Of a stretch of 64,000 nucleotides of DNA, positions 37,611 through 50,712 are shown one piece after another. The DNA comes from Xylographa opegraphella (Eukaryota): assembly GCA_022813865.1 (NCBI GenBank), contig JALDZX010000024.1, forward strand, positions 1 through 64,000, in the 5' to 3' direction. The notes under the pieces were generated by a model, which saw nothing but the letters and a program-made list of their open reading frames with translations, did not search any database and was not told the origin of the DNA. Made by a program: the position numbers and the translations under genes. How positions within the stretch are numbered: position 1 is the stretch's first letter; each line of letters opens with the position of its first letter.

Positions 37611-39316
37611 CTTGAACGTTCGTTCCTTTCAATTTACAGTTCAAATATGGCAGTACGGTATGGCTTTAAGGTTCAGCACTGTTGGTCTGATTGATATGAG
37701 TGGTTGAGAGTTTGGGTGTAAAGGTGAACGTGGGTGATGGACGCAGGACGTGGTATGTGGTATGAGCAAGAGTCACAGCTTGATGGTCAAAGCGGACAGT
37801 GAAGTGTTGGCGCCGTCCAGAGAGGTGTGAATCGGTGCAGTGTGTGAATACAGGCCTCACGTGATGCTAGGTCAATCGACCAGCCCTAAGGGTAGATGCA
37901 CGGATTCCAAAGCTGCCAGACAAAATAATCAAACCAGCGCGATGACCGAGTCGAGGAATATCATGACGTTGGACCCAAACCCTAGGTCAATGGACTTTCT
38001 AGTCTCGCTCGATCGATCTTGGCGATACGCAACGAAAGAAAACTCCGAAGACGACGTAACTTGCCAAAGACTTCCAAACTATCCCAAGCTGTCGACGACG
38101 ACGGTCCTTGATGCTGGTGGACGGTTGTCTATACCTGGACAGAAGGGCCTCCATCTTCTCTTCTATCGGTGGCTTGGGATGCTCAACAACTGATGAGCGA
38201 CTGGTCTGCTCCATGAGGGCATTGTGAAGTATTTGTGGCATGCCAGCGCTATTGTCCTCGCCTACCCTAGCTTGGCTTCAAGAGTCCAAGCTGCCTATTA
38301 TATTGCTCGATCGTGCTAGAGTAGGATGGACCATCCATTTTAGATCAGGTAGTCAATCAGTAACGGCCCCTGAGTATTACTCAAGTGCTGGTAACCATGG
38401 TCTGATGATCTCCCCGAACGAAAACTATACTATTGGATTGCGATGCGGACAAGCGTCTAGAACTTGATACAATGGGACACACGGCATATGATGAAGACAT
38501 GTGAAAGATTTATAATCTCAACAGAAAAGCCTTACACTCCTCAACTGTCCCAGGGAACTAAGATAAACGAGACTTGCCTGTCAGTATCCTGGAACCTGAT
38601 GGAGTGGTCATCAACCCAGGTACCATAACCGTAGCCATAACCTCAGCCGCGAGATACAAACGCCCTGAACACAGGATATCATGGACAACTGATGTTCTGA
38701 ACCCATGAATGTTTAAGGTATCATAGTATACCAAAATCATTACATACGGAGCTTTTCGTGTCAAAACATTTGCATCTTTCATCTTTGTCCACGGACAATG
38801 AGACCCACCGGTTAGGAGCAGCCGCGACCGTGAAATGGTCAGGATCGTTCTTGACGAGCTCATCAATGTGCATGCAGACGAAAGGGCCTGCCGATGCATA
38901 TTCCAGCTTGGTTCAGAGATAGTTGACACCCCGTTCTGCTTGACAGAGATTTCTCGTAACCGGACGCCCTGATGTGGGGCACCCGTCCAACAAGATGACC
39001 GAGAATACGGCATGGTAATCGTGAAAACGAAACCATGTACCTTCAGTCGCACCTGAAATATCTGATCGTAATGGACATACGGAGGATACACCCAACGTTC
39101 AAAGCCATCGTTCACGTTGAAATTGGGCTGGAGGCCGCCGGACACAGATCGGACTTGAAACGCGCTAAAATTTGCCAAGTGCCTTAAATCCGGTACTATT
39201 TTAGCGTATGTCGATCATTGTTTACTTTGATTCTCTGCCCTAAACTTACTTTCTTTAAATTTCCGGAACCTCAATAATTGGTCATCAAGATACATTCCGG
39301 TCCATCGCGTCCAATC

Positions 39317-40349
39317 ATGCTAGCCGCCCTCTCTTCCACCAATCACTGTGCACAGTGTAACGTGAGTAGCGGCACTTCTAAGCTCTTTCTCTGCCAAGCC
39401 TGCAAAGTTGTTCACTACTACAATCGAGAACACCAAGTGGCCCACAGGGAGGCCCATAAAGAAGCATGTGACGCAATCAAGAGAAGTCGGCAACACGTTG
39501 AGTGCAAGGAGGAGAGACTTCGCGCCTTCCCTGGCGATTAAATGACGCCGACACACCTCTTCGAAGAACATGCAGGGCATTTTGGGGACATTTATGAAAC
39601 GCAGCCCTATATGACTGCTCGTTATAGCCTCATGGACGCGCTCTTAGAGGTACAGACGCACGTGGCTGTACAATCGGCGCATGGACATGCCACGGACAGA
39701 CATGCTTCGCCTCTGTCGATCGGATAACATGGGCGTTCGTAGCATTTTACCGGGCTTGGACCTGAGATTAGGTAGAGACCAGCAGTGCTACGATTTCTGC
39801 AAGTGGTGGGTTACCACCGGTCAGAGGGAAGACTGCGACTGGGGCAATATGGATAACCCATACCTCGATATCAAGGGCGCCGACGTTTTTGAGTCGCCTC
39901 TCGAAAGTTTCGTCGATGCGTATTACATTAACTTCGGCGTAGCCGTCATCTTGATCAAAGTCAGGCTGTTACTCGATCTACGCGCTCTACAAAACTCGTC
40001 GGTGATATGAAACAAGGTACCCCAAGAGGTCTTGGACAAGGTACGTGGCTATCTTGTCAGTCCGGTCGTTGGGGAAAGGAAAGACATAATGAACCTCACA
40101 GACCAGTCGCCACTGATTCGTAAGCTGGAGGGGCAGGTCCAGGAACTATATTCAAGAGTCAAGAAATCGAACAAGCACTTCTGGCCCGCGTTGCTTAAAC
40201 CCGGGAAGCATTTAGTAGTACAAAAAGAGTCGCATAGCTCAGGAAGTGTGGAGCACATGCAGGTAGTACTCCAGACTTATTTCGATGCGTGGGTGGAGAC
40301 ACCGGGGGCTATCGAAGTGATCAAGGAGCTGGTCAAGAAGTACCCCTGA
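39317..40349 (+). pseudogene. MYND zinc-finger protein pseudogene
   Basis: CAQC..LFLCQACKVVHYYNREHQVAHREAHKEAC, MLRLCRSDNMGVR, LRLGRDQQCYDFCKWW; in-frame stops at 39539-39541 and 40008-40010, a frameshift near 39690-39700, and a lost Zn-ligand Cys (YY for YC). Confidence 0.88.
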
Positions 40350-41415
40350 GGCGTTTCGTTGTGGAAGGGGGAAATTGAGGATGTGAACTGTGACGGGAAA
40401 AGGGTCAAGGCTGACACCGACTGAAGGAATGCATGTTACTCAGGGGTATGAGCTGTGAGAGGGTTGGGTAAGATGGCCTATACTGAGAAGATAGTGGTCG
40501 AAAAGTGGTCGCAGCTGGAGATATCTATGAGGGCCCATCGAATTCATTACATCCAGAATACAAGCCCGTCAATTACCCCCACAACATTCAACCATGACTT
40601 ATATAGCCAGAGCTATCAAGCAATTCAGTATTTCATACTGGCTATCTCTCCCTGCCATGTCTTAAGCCGAATCGTAATAGTGACAATACATCTACCACGT
40701 CCTTAACATGAACCCTCCCCGTCAAACACAAATATCCAATAAGAGCCCCGTACAACATCTTGACGAGCGACCAAGTCGGAGTCCAGGCGTCTTCCGCGCT
40801 CAGCCGGACTATCATACTTGGGCGTACATTATTCCATCATGTAACAGCAAAAGCGAGCCCCTGCAGTTTTAGAGATCTTCAGAGCCACACCAGATCACCG
40901 ATTGAAGGAATGCCTCTCGTCAAACACACGCTTATGACAGCCGTAAAAATGAGCGGCCATAACTATCTCACGCATCACTGCAGCACTGGGAAATTCGAAT
41001 GCGGATACCAGTGGCCTGTTATGGCTGAGAATCCTGGGGTCTTTTGGGGGCTGTCGGAGTCCCGTGCCGGAGACTCAGAAGAAAGGCGAGCAATGATTTG
41101 GACTGGTTCGGGCCACACTCACTAGTCAGCGTAGAACATGCTGTCTAGAATAACAATAAGGTTCCCGACGCCTGCCCGGGACTGACGGTTTTAGAAAAGC
41201 AATGATGCTGATCGCGTCGATCATGTTTTCCTTGTTATGTTGAGAGCGAGGGCGAAAGGGAGCGGAGTGTGAGATCCAATCCTGATGGACAAACACCCGT
41301 AGTGTGATATTCGTTCAGGGGACATGAGGTCGGCTATCAGCATGGAGTATACCATGTTGAGTGCGAACATCCATAAGCTGTCAACGCTTGGTGCATTAAA
41401 AAAACCCCCCGTTTC

Positions 41416-42391
41416 CTACCGATTACCGTCCGGAAGCTCACAGCCTATCATATCGCCTCTCAACTCCGCCACCGACGTCCTGAACCCCGTCTTTCTCGGC
41501 CCGTCCATCTCCCACCTCATCGTATTCCTCACTCCGTTACTGTTTGAGATCTCTATCTTAGCTAGGGAGTCCCGACTCTGTTGCAGACGCGCGTTGCGCT
41601 TTCGTTCACGACAGAACATCAACAACAGTGCCGCGAGGGCTATGCCCAACGGTATGCCGATGCCCGCGCCGACTGCTATGACTGTTGAACTGCTCGCTGT
41701 GCTCGTCGATGAGGTAATGCACGTTGCCGAACCGTTTTGACCACCAGCAGGATTTATAGGTGGTGATGTGGGACCGAGGAGTACCGTTTGCGATGCCCCG
41801 ATCTGCGTCTGATCCACGCTCGTCGCAGTACTGAGGGACAGGAGACTGCTAGCCGCAATCGTGGGGGCCACGGTAACCGTCGAAGCTCCGACGGTGACTC
41901 CTAAGCTGGAAGCTTGATAATTGCGCAGCACAAGATTCCCAGCGGGCACGGTGAAGTTACTCTACGCGCACGTGCCGTAGTCGCAAGTCCAAAAGGTGGC
42001 GCTGCACGGAGCCATTCCCTTCCCGCCAGACGGGTTTACTAGAGCAGAATGTTAGCTACGAACCGAGCGAGGGAGCCGATTGAAAGTTCTCGATTTGTGG
42101 GCCACGTAGTGGAAGAGGGAGCATACCGGTCTGACAATAGCTAGCGCATTCAAATGCTTTCCACATCTGATCCGTGCACGAGCCGCGGCTGAGGATCATG
42201 CTTGTGAGGCAGAGCCTGTTGTCGAGGCAGAAGGCGTCTGCAGCGCAGCAGGCAGACGTGGTGGAGTTTGTACATGGCGTATCGGGCGCAATGGATCCAT
42301 CGGGGTAGTAACATGTCGAGACAATAGCGGTCGAAATATGTATCGCAAGAACGAAGATTGGACGTACAGTCCAGGACGGTATATACATCAT
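41416..42391 (-). pseudogene. Single-pass Cys-rich cell-surface protein (Mid2-like layout) with one premature TAG
   Basis: Signal peptide, CYYPDGS..PC..CC....CLDN.LC..RGSCTD.W..C..C, intron 42039-42126, TAG at 41962-41964, then Ser/Thr stalk, TM segment VGAGIGIPLGIALAALLLMF, basic stop-transfer and ExxG/ELP tail motifs. Confidence 0.75.
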
Positions 42392-44289
42392 TAAAGTACA
42401 CAAGAAAAGACAAACCGAATTATAAAGAGAAGAAACAAAGGTCACGACGTTGACAGCTCATGGCCGGTGTCTCCTACATTTACATCATTGAGATTAAGCT
42501 GAGAATATTGCGACCGCTGACATGCGGCGACGACAGCCAATCGCGAAGGCGCTTTGTCAGACATGAAACAGTTCGCGCCGAGAGAAACGGGTTCGCTGAC
42601 CACGGCAGTGTATTCCGAAGCACGCCGAAGGGATCAGAAAATAGCTCTGCTATTCCGAGATCGAATAGTGTCTGAGCAGGCGCATTGTTTCGTGTCCAGC
42701 GGCCCTCCCCAGTGGAGATACTCGGACGCTTAGGGTATCGCTTAAGTCTTGGCAGGCACGAATTGAGTCTCGCCTGTTCGGCTGCTGCAGTTGATACAAT
42801 TTTCTATGATATACAATGCCGTAGAACCGAATACCGTAACCATAATGCACGACTGAAAACCTGACGAAGGCGGTTTGGAACAGGAGCATGGAGACCCTTT
42901 TAGCGGCCGCGAAGCGCGGGTAAGCCCGACAAGCGGCAAGAATCTATCCCTGATTGGCTCGCTTGTAAAGCCGGCCCTGCAGCCGAAGTTGGACTAACAT
43001 GCGCTAGATTTTGCCAATCAGCGCTGCCATACTAAAGTAGCCTCCCTGGCTCGGGAGCCTTTGCTCTCACCATCTCTCCCAGAGTTGAGAAGTGAAGTAC
43101 AGAGCGCTCTCGAGCCATTCCCGAGAGCCTCAATGATGATAGTTGAACTGGAATCGTAAGAGCGGGTAGTAGGTGGCAGAAGAAGAAAGCTAGCAACCAG
43201 TCGCAATAGGAGATGCAAGAACGGTCAGCTTCGAGCGCAACGGTACAGATAAATGACCAGAGTACCAATCATATTCTCTGTATTCCTATCCATGTCGTGT
43301 TCTCAAGCGGCGCAGCCGACTGTGACTCAGTTCCGAGCAGCCTTGGAGATTACCTATAATTTAGTGGATGGATGGAGATGCAGGAATTTGAGATATGGAG
43401 CCTAAGTTCCAGTCTGGACCGATTATATCTCAAACATAAACCCAGAACGAACATGTTATCTCTGCTTGTGGAGATTCTTCCTCTCTCGAAGTTATACCTG
43501 CCTTATCTTTGCCTTGTGCCCGACAATAGGACGCCTTGGGTTGCATTGAGGGCGCCGTAACGTCGTGACCGGTGACCGCGGAGCTGTCGGTATGGTATAT
43601 TTAAGATTTGGGTTAGAGCTGCTGATGATGCATAGGCGGAGGGAGTTGACTAGCTGTATAGGAAGTAGAAGGAGAAGTATTATTGGTGGGAGGAATTTCA
43701 GGTCATAGGATAGGTGAACTCGGAGAGCACGGGTAGAGAACAATGGAGTTGATGTGTTTACCAGCGCTTGAGGTTCTGACGGTTTCTTTGTATGCATGCA
43801 TTGGACTTGTGACTGGATGTGAATAATGAAATTCGATGAGAACGCGATGACTATCATTCTGAACAGTAAAAATAATCATATCCAAACAGTACATACAGTT
43901 CGCTGTCCTAACGCCAATGACAATCGTAAAGTCCGAATGACAGTAGGAGCTGCAGCATATTGCGTTCGCCTCAGCTTCCAAGCCTGAGATCTCAAGGAGT
44001 AAGAACAGAGCATGCTTCACTACCAGGTAGCATCAAGCTCTGTCTGGGAAAGACATCATCTATGAGTGTATGAATCCAAGCTGAGCACAAACGCAAGTCA
44101 GAACATGAACTCTGAACCAAAATCTTCGTCAAGAAATTTTCCTCACCATACAACAACTACCCCTAGGCCTCCATGTAATTCTTTCCCACATTTCCCAAGT
44201 CGGAAGTTCTCCTTCCAGCTGTTCCGGAACTCCCAGTCTTGGAGCCAAGAAGGGTACCGTCAGAGAAAATCTCCCGCTGGCCGGTCAGG

Positions 44290-47200
44290 CTATCCGCAAG
44301 CGTCAAGCCCAGGTCTCTCGTCAGCAGTCGTGGACGGCGCCGGAACCATCACCTCCAGCATCTCGTCGAACTCAGACGGCCTGACCCATGTATCGGAGCT
44401 CTCTTCGTACACATAGCCGGTATGCCTCAAGGCCCATATCCAATGCGGCCAGAGCATGTCGTCTTCTCGGGCGTAGTGGCTCGGTGAGTAACCTTTGAGA
44501 TCGAGAAGATTTGGGTTGCACCCTGCCTGTAGCAGCTGAAATAGGACGGTTCTCAGATGAAATTGGAACTTTCGATACACTATCTCACGGCTCTCTAATA
44601 TAGAGTTAGAAACCGCTTTTTCCAGTAAATGCCATTATTATCGTTGCTACATTCATACTTACCGTTGCTATAATCGTTGTCCCAGTCGACGTTCCAGTCG
44701 TCGTTCCAGTCGTCGTCGCCACGGTTGTCGTCGTCGCCACATTTGTCGTCGTCGCCACGGTTGTCATCGTCCCAGTCGTCGTCCCCACAGTTGTCATCGT
44801 CCCAGTCGTTGTCGCCACGGTCGTTGTCGTCCCCACGGTCGTCGGCGTCCTCACGATCGTTGTCTCTACGATCGTCGTCGCCACGCTCGTCGTGCTGCTC
44901 GTCGTGCTGCTCGTCCCCAACCCGAATATGTCCCCTACTTCTATCTGCTCGCTCGCTGCGCAGCTGTACTGTATCGGAATCCTTAAAAAAGGTAGTCGGC
45001 ACGTCATCGTGGAGATTTTCCGGATGTTCATAACCGGACAAATACTTCCAATACATCAGACTATCCGATGGACAATTGTGTATATTCCTTATGCCTTCCA
45101 AGTACGGGTCGCTTCTTATACCCCAAAAAACAACATGGAAAACTCCTCCTCCCTCGTTGTCGGTCTCATTTCGATTTACTCCTCTTTGTAGGAGCGCTTT
45201 TATAGTACTCACTATGTTTGGCTTATAGAACAGTGAAACTGCGAATAGAAAAACGGTCCGTCCTTCATTGTTTTTTTCCTCTATACAACAACCATAATCA
45301 ACAAGAGCATTAATTATATCATTTGTTCTTGCTCCGTAAGCCCCACCAACGCACCCGAAAGACTCAGATAAAGTAAGGAAGAGGAAATTGGGCGTTTGAC
45401 CATCATGAGCTTCGATGTCCTCAAATTCGCAACCATGCTTCGAGGCAATATTGCTTAATGATTTGATATCATCCAATGTCAAAAAATTCCGCAGGCTGGG
45501 ATAGTATAGGGCATATATGCAGTAGTACCATATGGCCGTTTGAACACTCCACGATCTGTGAGAGCTAGGGAAATTATTGGCGTTAGTAGCGTCAAAAATA
45601 GATATCAGGTTAAAACAAGTTCTTTACGTACAATTTGCAATTCTCTGTTGCGGCTCCACTTTCAATAAGCAGTCGGAATACGTCCAAACACTTTGGGTCT
45701 ATTGCATACTAATTTCATGTCAGCGTACATCAATAATCCACCAATGACGTTTACTGACAGACAATAGTGACGATCCATCTGGGTCGACATCTCGAGGGGA
45801 AGCTTGCTTCTTTTCGAATAATCTGCGAACTCCCTGGACATCACCTTGTATCACACGGCAAATTACTTCCGCATCATAGGGAACAATATTGAACGTAGTG
45901 ATTTGTGCAGGGACGGAGCCTTGCGTCATGTTGAACCTCGAGAATAGGGCAGATACTACAGTAGTGCAAATATGGGGCTTTGGAACGAAGCAGACCTGTG
46001 TCCTGTACGAAAGTTCTTGATTCGGGATGTTCGAAGTTTTATTTGACACAACATTCAAATCAACTCTAAGTTTGCCAGTTGATAGATCATTAACGCAATA
46101 TCCAATGCGCTTTGACCGTTGAGCGCGAGAGGATGATCTTGGTACCTTGTTGCTATGGTTTTCCACTGACCGCTCGGCATTCCCATCTGTTAGTTGGCAC
46201 GATCTTGATGCTTGGCGTTCTCGAATAAATCTAGAAGCAGTTTCATGTCCCAGACACACCAGATTCTCGATTTCGAATTGTAACCAATCGCTGTTGACCA
46301 TATCGGCCAGGGTCAGTCTGGCGAGGGTTCCCCGAGCAGGCGCTTCCCAAAGAGTTGCATTTTCTGTGCCAGTCGCTAAGAGTGTTAAGAACGCTTTCTG
46401 CATGAGCACAAGTGACACCGTTACCATATTCGGGTCGGTGCCGCAGAAGCCAATAGTATCTAAGCCCGGCTCACAAGCTGACGGCTCTGGAAACATTTTG
46501 GAATGTGTTTCCCCAGAGCGGAGAGCATTAATAGGAGTATTCGTCCGCGATCGTAGCATGGTACTGAAATAGGTATTGAGTTCTGGAAGCCTCGGGCTAT
46601 TTATTTGAGAGACAACCTCTAGGTCGGTCGCACTGAATTCGCAACCTTCGAAGGCCGAAAATTTCAAGGAGCAAGATGAGTTGATATCGGAACGACTGGA
46701 GCTACTTTTGTTAACATTGGTAGTACATGCAATCATCGATCTGTAGTCATTCTCTGGAATATGATGCAGTTCTTTCTCGATATCGAGTGGGCTAATGTCC
46801 CAAGACTGCAATTGGTTCGGTTCCAGATTTGGAATATCGAAGAAATCTATCATGCCTGCGTCTGTATTGTCCCATAACGCTGGAGAAGCATCAAAATGGT
46901 TGCAATTGGCAGTGTCGTCCCGGAATATGCCGAGTGGCCACTCTGGTGTAGTGTTCATGGCATTGCGTATCCCCAATTCTTTGGGGTGTAACAACTCTGT
47001 TTCACTCACTGGAGGCAGAGACGCAACAGTATCGTCCATGTGAGCAAAGATGCCCGCTTCAAGCAGCGGAGTACTTGGACTTAGAATACCAACGGCTTTA
47101 ATGTGGGAAGAAGGCACTACCAGCATTAAGTGTTGGAAACTTTGGTCACGCCTAGAAACACTACTCACTGCGCGGTGATAACATATCACCTTTGGATCTC

Positions 47201-47756
47201 TTATAGAGGCGTTCCAGCCTTGCCGATTCAAGGATGTGACCTCGATATTCAAGCACAGGCTCCTTATTTTTGTCGTGCCACTTCCGTTTGAGTGAGACTA
47301 ACGTCTTTCTGTCCTCAGTGCCGAGGTATTTCTTGATGTTCCATTTTTGTAGTCGATGCTTAAGCTGCTTCTCACTGATTGCTAATGATTAGCCATTGAG
47401 AGCGCTGAATTCGGATTTAGGTTGTGATTGTAGCAGCCCTTTAATTTACACCATTGAAGCAAATTTCTTTATGTGAGAGAGTACAAAAACGCTTGACCAC
47501 TTTCTCTCCTTGACGAGAAAGGGTATGCTGTGCAAGACCTGAGGACTTCATAGAGAACTTACGTTATGTTAAATCCATGCTCCTTTGCCATAGCGTCAAC
47601 AAGCTCTTTACGAGCCATGTTCTCCTGTATATAGAGATGCACGATCGTCTCCCGCCAACGATCCCATGTTTCGTCGGATATGCGTCGAGCTCGATACGAA
47701 GCCGTGAGTTTGTCATGTCTCAAGTGCAGGTTATCAGGAGTCTGGTGCGCTTCCAT
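44290..47756 (-). CDS. Clr5-domain + ankyrin-repeat protein with an Asp-rich insertion
   Basis: Clr5 motif ETWDRWRETIVHLYIQEN..LVDAMAKEHGFNIT|EKQLKHRLQKWNIKKY (intron 47375-47562); ankyrin-like DVDPDGSSLLSYA, NNEGRTVFLFAV..ALLQRGVN, LLQAGCNPNLLDLKGYSPSHYA; further introns at about 47118-47169, 45.70-45.75 kb, 45.57-45.63 kb and 44595-44662. Confidence 0.8.
44670..44915 (-). repeat. Coding minisatellite encoding DD(N/W/R)-rich acidic tract
   Basis: Imperfect 12-18 bp units such as gtcgtcgtcgccacggtt and gtcatcgtcccagtc. Confidence 0.85.
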
Positions 47757-48192
47757 TACAGAAATAAGCTGGGAATCCAGTCAATCAACGAAAGCACGAA
47801 GTAGCAACAAACATTTTGAGGAACGACGGAATTTACTTGGTACATAATGGAATTGCCGCAAGGCTGAGGAAAACGAATGGTACACACGAATAGTCCATTT
47901 TAAGCCTAGCTTCCCGATGGTCCTGGCAAAGCTTGGCATTAGGTTTGGTCCTCCCGAGGTACACGGCGAAACAGATGGGACCATTTGCTTTGCTCAATTT
48001 AACAAATGGGCCCAATTGCAAGGCTACTGATAGGGGCCATTTGCAAGTCTCTTCTGTATAAGATAGACTCCCGTGCACCATGGCTACCACTCAAGTCGCC
48101 ATCCAACAAGTTCTGGTCATCCACGCATCTTCGCAGCCATTTTCTTGAACCATACTCCTACTTTTAGCCCACTGAAATCAATTTCTGTCAGC

Positions 48193-48534
48193 ATGACAAA
48201 CCACACCAGCGGAAATCATACCTCGAGCAACTCAGCCGGCCATGGATTACCTCCAAAAGCCAAGGGACAGACGGTACGATTCCAAACCCAAAATGCCCTC
48301 TATTGCAAACCACATGCACACGGTGAAAGGGCTAATCAAGTCCTATAGATGGTTCCTTCTTGTTCTTCTGTGGTGACGGAACATGGTTCTCGTCATTCAG
48401 GCGCAGCGCAAATCGATGAACCAGCCCAGAAGCAAGCACAGCAGGTTTCTGCGGCCCATGATTCCGCTGCCATGCAACGTTGGATGGCAGAGTCTACCCG
48501 AGAGCAGCCATGGAATGGACTTCGACGCTCATAG
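48193..48534 (+). CDS. Small orphan protein (88 aa) divergent from the Clr5-ankyrin gene
   Basis: Exon 48193-48273, canonical intron 48274-48348 (GTACGA..GCTAAT..TAG), exon 48349-48534: MTNHTSGNHTSSNSAGHG...AAMQRWMAESTREQPWNGLRRS*. Confidence 0.55.
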
Positions 48535-49665
48535 AACAGAGAGGAGAAATCATCTTAGCAAAGCTCTGATATGGATTTGCTTGATTAGCATGTGCGAAGG
48601 ATACATCCTGCTTTTCGATCTTATCTCCTAGTATCATCGAGTTTTGGCGTTTCAGTCGATAGGTAGTTCGAGCTTCACATTTCGTCGGGCTGATTCCGGT
48701 CATACAGTCCTGAACGATAGTTCTCTCGCTGTGGCATCAAAATCCCGTCGTGATTCAACAGTTGATGTGGAAACCATTCATGTTCATTTTGATCATCTTA
48801 GTACGAATTATGGGATGTTTAGAGGGACCGATGAACGTTCATTTGACTAAACAATTGGGATTCCGCTTCTGTGCATGAAACGATGGTGCATACAAGTGCT
48901 GTAAAGGGGCTTTATAAAGCTGACACTGTGACACGTTGAAGACCTCTGAACATAAAAGAAAATCAGTATTAATGACCGTATGGCTATAGTATGGTAACAA
49001 TTGCAACGACTGATGACAACAAAAACAATGAAAAGTCGCATTTTCTCGCCGTAATCGGTAAGTCGACCAAATGCTATTCATATCCATCAGCTGCTTGTGG
49101 TTTGATGAAACAAAAGAATCGGCATTCATCATCCGCAGGTCAGATAAGCATTTCGCCCATCCGGAGTCATGACATGACGGGAATAAGGGCCAAATGATGA
49201 CGTGGATTGGGGCAATGCGGAAGAAGTGAGGGGCCGCGAGTTCAGGCGTGTCTTGATAAACAAGGACAATGGGCCAAGCGTATCATGACGTACAATATCT
49301 TCAAGATGTCTCTTCCCAGCTCGTAGTGCTAAAGCATTGATTTTCGACATATTTCAACATCCACACCTTGTAAATTGGTGAGCATCAAGAATTCGTAGTA
49401 CGCGTTGGAAGGAAGGAAATTATTTTGTGCTAGAGACGAAGCTAGCAGACATTAGAATGCCCTAAAGTAAGGCGGTAGTGTAAGGTAAGTATCGAAAATT
49501 AAATCACGCTAGCCGTTTCTGGCTTCCAGACACTAAAATTTCAGTTTCACATAGCAGCCAAAAGCTGTTCCTTGACTGAGGCGTGTGTTCGACAGAACGG
49601 CACACGCCTTGACATCTCCAATTCACCCAGTCACCCTCTTCCACTCACTCCCACTCATCTCAACA

Positions 49666-50346
49666 ATGGAAACGTACCTCTCCCCGCCTCCCGCCTCCCC
49701 TCCACCCCACTAACCAAACCCCCCCCCCCTCAGCAACCCCCGCAACATAACCTGGCACCCCTCCCTCTCCCACACGGAGCGCGCCCACCTCCGCCACCAA
49801 CTGGGCCTCACGATCTGGCTCACGGGCCTCTCCGCCTCGGGCAAATCCACCATCGCCACCGCCCTCGAGCAGCACCTCCTCTCTGTGCCCCTGGCGGCCT
49901 ACCGCCTCGACGGCGACAACATCCGCTTCGGGCTGAACGCCGACCTGGGCTTCTCGCCCGCCGACCGCACGGAGAACATTCGCCGCATCGCCGAGGTGGC
50001 CAAGCTGTTCGCCGACAGCTGCAGCGTCGCCATCACCAGCTTCATCAGCCCCTACCGCGCCGACCGCGCGCTGGCGCGGAAGCTGCACGACCAGGCCGGC
50101 TTGCCGTTCGTGGAGGTGTGGGTCGATGTCAGTGTGGAGGAGGCGGAGAGGAGGGATCCGAAGGGTTTGTACAAGAAGGCGAGGGAGGGGGTCATTAAGG
50201 AGTTTACGGGCGTGAGTGCGCCGTACGAGGAGCCCGAGGCGGCGGAGGTGGTGGTAAGGAGTGGGGAGACGAGTGTGGAGGAGGCGGTGGTGCAGATTGT
50301 GAAGTATTTGGAGGAGAAGGGGCTGTTGAAGGTGGTGGGGCAGTGA
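49666..50346 (+). CDS. MET14: Adenylyl-sulfate (APS) kinase
   Basis: 8-nt exon 1, intron 49674-49733, [20 protein letters not shown]-loop, [32 protein letters not shown]. Confidence 0.97.
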
Positions 50347-50712
50347 GATGGTGGAGCATGTAGGATTGGGTAGGCTCCGGAGGTAGTTTGGCTTGGGGTG
50401 TCGCTGATGCATACAAGGCGGAGCAGATTCATTGCATCATCTCAGCCAAAGGCCACGGTGGAAAATGGCTCCTATCTGAGCAGGTTGCCGTACGGCTGGT
50501 TCCCCTTGAGCTGTGAGATATCCCGGTAGGTGATGACTTCAACATCCACATAGATATCATAATTGACGACCCTTTTACTCTCCTAAATGATTCTCTGTGA
50601 ATTGTGAAGTACCACGCCAGATAATCATCTCAACATCCACACCAACATCATCACCGACGACATTACCACTCCCCGAAAGCACACCCTCCACCACCCCCCC
50701 CCTCCAACCCCC

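Noticed and set aside
37900..39180. Possible kinase pseudogene (LEYASAGP in an interrupted frame)
   Set aside because: No other kinase motifs (HRD, DFG) found.
29600..49500. Starship or other intact large transposon
   Set aside because: No tyrosine recombinase, transposase, LTR pair or target-site duplication seen.
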